From Sandaracinaceae bacterium (GTDB lineage: Bacteria > Myxococcota_A > Polyangia > Polyangiales > Sandaracinaceae), in NCBI GenBank assembly GCA_045106715.1, contig JBGCFC010000009.1, forward strand, positions 128,001-192,000: a stretch of 64,000 bases of DNA, written 5' to 3'. This document shows, piece after piece, positions 58,076-64,000 of the stretch; position 1 is the first letter of the stretch; every line of letters starts with the position of its first letter. The notes below the pieces were generated by a model. The model searched no databases, was not told the origin of the DNA, and saw only the letters and a program-made list of their open reading frames with translations. The position numbers and the translations under genes are program-made.

Positions 58076-59245
58076 TCAGGGGCAGCTGGCTTCGTTCATC
58101 GAGGCGGTGTCGAAGTGAAGGTCGACCGGCGCCGCGGTCGCGAGGTTGCCGACGAACACGGAGCCGTACGTGACGAGCGGGCCGGCCGCCTGGAGGTTTG
58201 CGCGGGGGGCGTAGAGGTGTCCGGCGATCTCGGTCGGGCCGGTGAGGTTGAGTGAGCCGGTTCCGCCGACAAAGACGCGGATGCGGCCGGCCGAACTCGC
58301 GTCGCCCATCCGGATGGGGCCCCGACTGACGAGCGTGCCCCCGACGAACAGGTCGAGCTCCGCGCTGCCCTGGAGGGTCACGAACAGCTCGCGCCCGGAC
58401 TCCACATCGCCAGCCACGTAGATCGCGGTGCGCCCCGACAAGATGAGCTCGAGCGTGCCGGCGCCCCGGATGGCGTCGAGATAGTAGCGCCCGCAGCCGA
58501 GCGTGAGCCGTGTCTCGTCTCCGTAGTCCAGCAGCTGGTCGGCGCGAAGGGACGCGGCCGCGTTGTCGTTGTCGGCTCGGTGAGCCGCCACTTCGCCGGT
58601 CACGTCGAAGACGTCGCCACACGTGCAGGGCGGCACCACTGCGACGGGCGCGTTCTCGAGCGTCGACACGCCGTCCAGGGAGCTGACGACGGCCCCGGCC
58701 GGGACGGTGAGCGTGCCGCCTACGGTGAGTCGCGCGGCGCTCACATCGCCGGCCACACGCGCGTCCGAGATGACGATGAGCTCGTGGAGCCCTCCGATCG
58801 GCCCTCCTGAGCGCAGTCCATCCACTCGAATCACGGGCGCTGCCCCCATTCCCGAGACCCCTGTTTGCGCCACCACGTCCCCCGTCGCGTCGAGGGATTC
58901 GGACACCACGATTTCGCCGTGGCTCGCGACCGACCCGCCCGGTCCGCCGCCCGAGTAGGGCCCGCTCCGGCTGTCGAAGGCGTCCGCCGTGACCGCGGTA
59001 CTGAACGAGAGCGTCGTGCATGAGCAGAGCGCGTAGCGAAAGAAGCGGGCGCCGCACGCGAGCCGCTGGTCACCGACCTGAACCCGGGGTCCCGTCCTGA
59101 CGCAGAACGCGGCCTGGCCCCCGTCCTGCGAGACGACTCCGCCGTCACCGAGGAACGCGACCACGTCGTCTGTCGCGCATCCGAAGAGCGCTAGCGCGAC
59201 ACCGAGCCAGGGAGGAAATCGCGGCGCGCGCGAAGAAGGGGTCAT
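58076..59245 (-). CDS. Hypothetical lipoprotein
   Basis: Lipobox 'WLGVALALFGCATDD'. It is G/A/V-rich, with beta-helix-like repeats. Confidence 0.4.
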   Translation of the reverse strand: MTPSSRAPRFPPWLGVALALFGCATDDVVAFLGDGGVVSQDGGQAAFCVRTGPRVQVGDQRLACGARFFRYALCSCTTLSFSTAVTADAFDSRSGPYSGGGPGGSVASHGEIVVSESLDATGDVVAQTGVSGMGAAPVIRVDGLRSGGPIGGLHELIVISDARVAGDVSAARLTVGGTLTVPAGAVVSSLDGVSTLENAPVAVVPPCTCGDVFDVTGEVAAHRADNDNAAASLRADQLLDYGDETRLTLGCGRYYLDAIRGAGTLELILSGRTAIYVAGDVESGRELFVTLQGSAELDLFVGGTLVSRGPIRMGDASSAGRIRVFVGGTGSLNLTGPTEIAGHLYAPRANLQAAGPLVTYGSVFVGNLATAAPVDLHFDTASMNEASCP

Positions 59246-60075
59246 GGTGTGGGGGGGCGAAGCTCGTTCAGGCGTGCTTGGGCTCGCTCCCGGGCGCGGG
59301 AGGCGGGGTGGCGCCGGATGAGGTCGTCCAGCGCCCGCGCTTCCCGATCATCGCTCCCCAACGCCCGATACGCGAGTGCCAACCCTTGGCGCGCTTCCAG
59401 AGACAGAGGGCCGTCGGGCTGCTGCGCGAGGGCGCGTCGGTACAAAGCGGCCGCGCCCGACGCCCGACCGCGGTGATGCAGTCGGATGTCGGCGGCGGCG
59501 ATGTTGGCGACGTAGGCGGTCTGAGAGGAGGGATGCCGTCTCGAGGCCACCAGGTAGGCCTGTTCGGCGTCCGCCCAGCGACGTGCGCTCCGCAGCTGGT
59601 TGGCGCGCTGCAACCAGTCGTCCGCCGACGCGGTGTCCCGGGGCGCCGGAGCGATGGGGGCGAGGTCTTGATCCTCGGCGTGCGGCGCTTCTCCACGCAG
59701 GTCTTCGAGGCTCAGCGTCGGAGTGCTGGGCGCGGGGGCTTCGTCGAGCAAGGAGCGAGCTGGCACAGGAGCAGGCGCGGGAGAAGGCGGCGGCGGCGGG
59801 GCCGGCTCCGGTTGCGCGAGCCAGAATGCGAGGGCCGCCCCGCCGGCGACGAACGCGGCTCCGATCGCCGCGGCGACGCCGGCGACCCGCGCCCACGGCA
59901 CCGTAACGGAGACGGGGGCGGGCTTCGGTTGCGCCGGGGTCGCGGAGCCTTCCCACGCATCGAGCGCGGCGCCCACAAGCGCCTCCCGCTGCGATTGGCT
60001 CAACCGTCGGGCCGGCCCGGCGTGTTCGTCGAGAACGAAGAGAGACTCGAGGTCCCGTTCAGGCGGTGTCGTCAT
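59242..60075 (-). CDS. Anti-sigma factor (single-pass, Pro-rich periplasmic linker, TPR-like C-domain)
   Basis: The start 'MTTPPERD' overlaps the ECF sigma stop by 17 nt. TM 'VAGVAAAIGAAFVAGGAALAFWLA'. Confidence 0.55.
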   Translation of the reverse strand: MTTPPERDLESLFVLDEHAGPARRLSQSQREALVGAALDAWEGSATPAQPKPAPVSVTVPWARVAGVAAAIGAAFVAGGAALAFWLAQPEPAPPPPPSPAPAPVPARSLLDEAPAPSTPTLSLEDLRGEAPHAEDQDLAPIAPAPRDTASADDWLQRANQLRSARRWADAEQAYLVASRRHPSSQTAYVANIAAADIRLHHRGRASGAAALYRRALAQQPDGPLSLEARQGLALAYRALGSDDREARALDDLIRRHPASRARERAQARLNELRPPTP

Positions 60076-60640
60076 CGTCGTCTCCCGCGAGGTAGAGGGC
60101 CCGGAGCTTCTTGCGCCCCAGCCGGAGGCGGCTCTTCGCCGTGTCGAACGGGACCTCGAGCTCGGCCGCGATCTCCGGGACGCTCCAGCCCAGCACATGG
60201 TGGAGCACCAGGGCTTGCCGCTGGGACTCCGGCAGCGCGTCGAGGAGCTGCACCATGTCGCGGCGCTCCAGGTATCGATCGGGCGTCTTCGGCGACTCGC
60301 GCACGGCTCGAAGCTCGGTAGCGGCGGCGCTCCGCCGGGCGTGTTCGCGCATGACCTTGCCCTGATGGCGCCGCGCCACGCGCGCCACGATTCGGAGCGC
60401 CCAGGCCTCCAAGCTGGCTTCGCCTCGCCATCCGTGCAGGCTCTTCAGGATCTCGACACATGCGACCTGCGCGGCGTCTTCGGCTTCGGCGTCCGTGCGA
60501 ACGAGGTAGCGGCTGAGGTTGCGGATCGTTGGCAGGAGGCGCATGAGGATCGCTTCGGCGGCTTTCCGATCGCCGGCCACCGCGGCGCGTACCCGTCGGT
60601 CGTCCTCGGCGTGGGTCGCCGCCTTTCCCGGGTTACGCAT
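60059..60640 (-). CDS. RNA polymerase sigma-70 family ECF sigma factor
   Basis: The region-2 context is 'AEDAAQVACVEILKSL'. Region 4 is 'LPESQRQALVLHHVLGWSVPEIAAELEVPFDTAKSRLRLGRKKLRAL'. Confidence 0.85.
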   Translation of the reverse strand: MRNPGKAATHAEDDRRVRAAVAGDRKAAEAILMRLLPTIRNLSRYLVRTDAEAEDAAQVACVEILKSLHGWRGEASLEAWALRIVARVARRHQGKVMREHARRSAAATELRAVRESPKTPDRYLERRDMVQLLDALPESQRQALVLHHVLGWSVPEIAAELEVPFDTAKSRLRLGRKKLRALYLAGDDDDDTA

Positions 60641-60691
60641 GTTCGCTCTTCCGTGGCGCGCGTGGGCTCGATCGGGTCACGGCGGCAGCGA

Positions 60692-61726
60692 TCACTCGAG
60701 CTGAGCCACCACGGCGAGCCGCAGCCACGGTTGCACGGGCCACAGCTGGCCGCGCTCGATGCGGTCCGCCCCACGCTGGTACACGAATCGGGGGGCCTGC
60801 GGTACGATGTCTGCACCCGCGCTCACGAGCAGCCCGAGGTGACCGTCGAACACCGCTGGAAAGGCCTCCCAGGTGACCGTCGGCGCGAGCAGCAGGCTCG
60901 CGGTCCAGGCGTCGTCTGCAGCGGTGGCCTCGGCGGACAGCGAGGTGGTGCGGCGATGCCAGAGCGAAGCGCCCAGCTCCGCGCCGAGCACGAGGCCCCA
61001 CTCCGGGTTTGCGAGCACATCGGCACCCACGACGGCGGCCAGCCGAACGCCCCACAGCGTCACATTGGCCAACGCGTCGGTGGTCGTCACCGGGACACTT
61101 GCGCCTGCGCTCGCGCCCACACGAAGGCGGCTCCACCGCAGCGCAAGCCAGCCGCCGCCTTCGTGCAATCCCGCCGGCGAACGACCGTCGATCCCCGCGC
61201 GCCACGCCAAACCCAGTTGCACCTGCGCCGCGGCCGGACTTGGTTCGGTGACGGTCGGCTCCGGCTCTGCCTCATCGGCGACCTCTGCGGGCGCGGCCGT
61301 TCCGTCCGTCGGCAGCGGAACCCCCGCGGCGATGTCCCGAAGCGCGCCGCGCACGATCAACGCGGCGGCTTCGAGCATCGCCGAGCCGGTCGTGTCGTCG
61401 GGCGAGCGCGCGAGCTGTCGGGTGAGCGTCCGGCCTGACGCGACCTCGAGCACATGCAACGTCAACGTGCCGTCGTCGCGCGTCCAGAAGACCACCGCGG
61501 CCTCCTGCGCTCCCGCCGCGCGCGCCTCGGCGGCGTCGTGCACGCCGCCGGCTTCGAACCGCGCGCGGTAGTCGAGGTCGCCGATCTGGCCCCGGATTCG
61601 GGACGCCAGCTCCGGGTCCCCGACGACCAACACGTCGGCCGCCTGCGCATGCCCCACGGTCGGCAGCAGGAGCCACGTCAGCGCGCATCCGACGAGGGAG
61701 ATCTTTCGCGGTCGAAGGAGGTGCAC
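60692..61726 (-). CDS. Secreted hypothetical protein upstream of the ECF sigma/anti-sigma pair
   Basis: Signal 'MHLLRPRKISLVGCALTWLLLPTVGHAQA'. Confidence 0.4.
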   Translation of the reverse strand: MHLLRPRKISLVGCALTWLLLPTVGHAQAADVLVVGDPELASRIRGQIGDLDYRARFEAGGVHDAAEARAAGAQEAAVVFWTRDDGTLTLHVLEVASGRTLTRQLARSPDDTTGSAMLEAAALIVRGALRDIAAGVPLPTDGTAAPAEVADEAEPEPTVTEPSPAAAQVQLGLAWRAGIDGRSPAGLHEGGGWLALRWSRLRVGASAGASVPVTTTDALANVTLWGVRLAAVVGADVLANPEWGLVLGAELGASLWHRRTTSLSAEATAADDAWTASLLLAPTVTWEAFPAVFDGHLGLLVSAGADIVPQAPRFVYQRGADRIERGQLWPVQPWLRLAVVAQLE

Positions 61727-61754
61727 AGACCTCCAGTCTATCTCGGGTCGCGTT

Positions 61755-62783
61755 CTACGCGGAGCAAGACCAGTCCGACACGCAGGTCTCAGGGCTCGAG
61801 CGTCCCACCACCACGACGCGCGCCGGCGCGGCCGCGGGAGGAGGCGGCGGAGGCGTGCCCGCCGGCAGGGTGCGAACGACGACGACGGAGGGCGGCGCGC
61901 CTTCGACCTCGACGGCCGGCTGCACGCGGACAGCCGGCAGATCCAGCTCGGGGGTGCGCGGCTCGATGACCGGCGCGGCGACGTCTCCGGTCGCGGTGAT
62001 GGGGCGGCGCACCGGGCGGGCGACGATCACCTGCATCACGGGCGGCTCTTCCACCGACTGCAGCTTCAGGTTGGGGCGCGGGCGCACGTAGCGGCTGGAC
62101 GGCGGCCGGCGCTGGCCTGCGACCACCACGGTGCGCGCCTCCTCGTCCTTCCAGAGCGAGCGAGGCGTGCGCGTCACGCGGCGCCGACGCACCAAGACGA
62201 CGCCCTCGTCGGCAAACGTGGAGCGGGGGACCTCGGCCTTCAGCACCGGGAGCGGCACCTCCGGAGGCAGGCTCGTCCGGGTGGCCGTGCTTTCGCTGAC
62301 GCCGAGAAGCGGACGAATGACCACGGCGTCGGGGTCCACATAGCGGCGCCGTCCGCGCTTTCGCGGGGCGCTCTTGCGCACCTTGCTCGGTCGCTGGCTT
62401 CGGCGCAGCGCGGCGGCCAAGACCTCCCGTTCGAACGGCGAGAGCGTCTCCAGCTCGAGGCCGAAGCCCGGCGCCCCCGGCTGCTTGCCGTTCAACAGCC
62501 GCACGATGCGAGCCTGCACGTCGATCCAGAGGTCGCTCTTCGGCGGCCGAAAGCTGACGATCACCGACTCGCCGACGTCGGCGGGGATCCCGTCGGCGCG
62601 CAGAAGCATGCCGGTCGTCGAGAGGTCCGCGATTTCGTCGCTCAGCAGACAGAAGTCGTCGTCTGTGACGGCCTGGCACGCGACGGACACCGGCATTCGC
62701 GCGGCCCGGCGCCGGTCTCCGAAGACCCCGACGGGGAGCTCCTTGGCTTGCCGTTTCGTGGTGCCCTTGTGGGTGCTGCTCAT
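61755..62783 (-). CDS. PilZ domain protein with long Pro/Arg-rich C-terminal extension
   Basis: PilZ motifs 'RRAARMP' (RxxxR) and 'DLSTTGMLL' (DxSxxG). Confidence 0.55.
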   Translation of the reverse strand: MSSTHKGTTKRQAKELPVGVFGDRRRAARMPVSVACQAVTDDDFCLLSDEIADLSTTGMLLRADGIPADVGESVIVSFRPPKSDLWIDVQARIVRLLNGKQPGAPGFGLELETLSPFEREVLAAALRRSQRPSKVRKSAPRKRGRRRYVDPDAVVIRPLLGVSESTATRTSLPPEVPLPVLKAEVPRSTFADEGVVLVRRRRVTRTPRSLWKDEEARTVVVAGQRRPPSSRYVRPRPNLKLQSVEEPPVMQVIVARPVRRPITATGDVAAPVIEPRTPELDLPAVRVQPAVEVEGAPPSVVVVRTLPAGTPPPPPPAAAPARVVVVGRSSPETCVSDWSCSA

Positions 62784-62840
62784 GCGCTCGACCTCCGCTC
62801 CCGGTTGTACGGGCGGGGGCCGGAGCCTCCAAGAAAGCGA

Positions 62841-63314
62841 CTACTCCGCGGCCTCCCACATGTCGTATGTGGGTGCCCGTGAGTCAGCGCCGAGCCCGTG
62901 GATGGCGCGCACCAGCGCATCGAAGCGTGCATGGGCGGTCGGCCCGCTGCGGTCCCAAGAGCACACGTAGGCGTGCGATTCGATCTCCGTCGTGCGCTCC
63001 CTCGTGAGCCCGAGGCGGTAGCCCAGCATGCGCAGGACGGCCCGCTCCGCGGGATGCTCGACGCCGTCGGCCAACGCGACCCACGCCGCCACCGCGTACG
63101 CGAGGTCGGCCCCCAAGGGGGAGAGAGCGAGTTCGCCCAGCTCGTCGACGCCGCCCCGGAGCCGTGCGCCGGCTTGGTCCAGCGGCACGTCGAGCTGCTC
63201 CGCGATGGCCCGTGCGACGGATACCTCGGCCGCAGCCAACCGCTTGTCGCTCCACATCGTGAAGGCGGCGACATCAAAAATGGTCCAGCGCTCCTGCGCC
63301 TCAAGCGTACTCAT
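62841..63314 (-). CDS. TerB-like / DjlA-N-like domain protein
   Basis: 'WSDKRLAAAEVSVARAIAEQLDV...AWVALADGVEHPAERAVLRMLGYRLGL' resembles TerB (ADG...E). The start may instead be at 63371. Confidence 0.4.
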   Translation of the reverse strand: MSTLEAQERWTIFDVAAFTMWSDKRLAAAEVSVARAIAEQLDVPLDQAGARLRGGVDELGELALSPLGADLAYAVAAWVALADGVEHPAERAVLRMLGYRLGLTRERTTEIESHAYVCSWDRSGPTAHARFDALVRAIHGLGADSRAPTYDMWEAAE

Positions 63315-63466
63315 CGCGGTCCTCCCAACCCGCCCCCCACCGTATCTGGGCTCGTTCGACTCCTCTGTCATCTCAAAGCCAAACTGTTTTGTATCGAAAA
63401 AAACGAAGGGTCTGACTGAGATTCCATGCGTGGCGATCCGGCTTCACCCACCACAGATATAGAGTC

Positions 63467-64000
63467 ATGCGCCTCCGTGAACTCACCCGCGCCCAGTTCG
63501 GCCGGGAACTGACCGCCTCGGTCGTCGTGTCGCTCGTAGCGCTCCCTTTTGCGCTCGGCGTCGCTCTGGCCTCGGGTGTGCCCCTGGCGCTCGGGTTGGT
63601 CTCCGCGGTGGTCGGTGGGGTGCTGGTGGGGGGGCTCGCCGGGTGCCGCCTCCAGGTGAGCGGCCCCGCCGCGGGGCTCATCGTTCTCGTCTGGAACATC
63701 GTCGACACGTGGGGCCTTGCCGCCCTCGGGGTTGCGGTGGTCGCCTCGGGCGCGCTTCAGCTGGCGGCGGGTGGCTTGGGCATCGGCAGGTGGTTCCGCG
63801 CCGTCTCGCCGGCGCTGCTGTACGGCCTGCTCGGCGGCATCGGTGGCTTGGTCATCTTGGGGCAGATGCATGTGGTGCTCGGCGCGACGCCCCCTGGCGG
63901 AGGGCTCGAGGACCTGGCCGCCCTGCCGGCTGCGCTCTCGCAGCTGGGCAACCCGACGGTCGCTGCTTCGCTGATGCTCGGCGTGTTCACGCTGGGGGTG
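63467..64000 (+). CDS. SulP family inorganic anion transporter, 3'-truncated by window edge
   Basis: ATG at 63467. 'FGRELTASVVVSLVALPFALGVALASGVPLALGLVSAVVGGVL...GPAAGLIVL' is the SulP N-terminal signature. No stop occurs before the window end. Confidence 0.75.
   Translation, partial: MRLRELTRAQFGRELTASVVVSLVALPFALGVALASGVPLALGLVSAVVGGVLVGGLAGCRLQVSGPAAGLIVLVWNIVDTWGLAALGVAVVASGALQLAAGGLGIGRWFRAVSPALLYGLLGGIGGLVILGQMHVVLGATPPGGGLEDLAALPAALSQLGNPTVAASLMLGVFTLGV

Noticed and set aside
59723-61438. 571-aa plus-strand ORF
   Set aside because: It is antisense to the ECF sigma / anti-sigma / secreted-protein genes, which carry clear sigma-70 regions 2 and 4 on the minus strand.

Overview
High-GC (about 70%) bacterial chromosomal segment whose gene content and lipoprotein/Cys-rich repeat architecture look myxobacterial (Deltaproteobacteria/Myxococcota-like). 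It is densely coding on both strands, with about 65 genes, and I found no rRNA, tRNA, CRISPR array or transposase.

Recognisable blocks:
- Two paralogous giant modular Ig-like surface proteins (1-5027).
- An RND efflux pair (5100-9319).
- A deoxyhypusine-synthase-like gene.
- A VWA lipoprotein carrying an apparent frameshift.
- An RNA-repair / ribosome-rescue island (12418-18799; composition under findings).
- A tight four-gene operon of unknowns that includes a SUFU-like protein.
- A hybrid histidine kinase and an MBL hydrolase.
- The glyoxylate-shunt operon aceB-aceA with an upstream XRE-type regulator.
- A lipase, two SDRs, a YiiX-like permuted papain and a PAP2 phosphatase.
- gyrB, tatB-tatC and an MCP.
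- An aldo/keto reductase.
- A secreted caspase-like (C14) peptidase.
- A DUF1552/DUF1592-type pair.
- An ECF sigma / anti-sigma pair, a PilZ protein, a TerB-like protein and the 5' end of a SulP transporter.

The most interesting region is the RNA-repair island: it combines rtcR (CARF-sigma54 activator), an RF-H-coupled rtcB with prfH, two uncharacterised genes (zinc-ribbon/TM/PDZ and STAS-like), and a second canonical rtcB. It carries two sigma54-type promoters and palindromic candidate enhancer sites.

Many long ORFs in the six-frame track are antisense artefacts of the high GC content and are rejected below. Note that the track also reports GTG/TTG starts as M.
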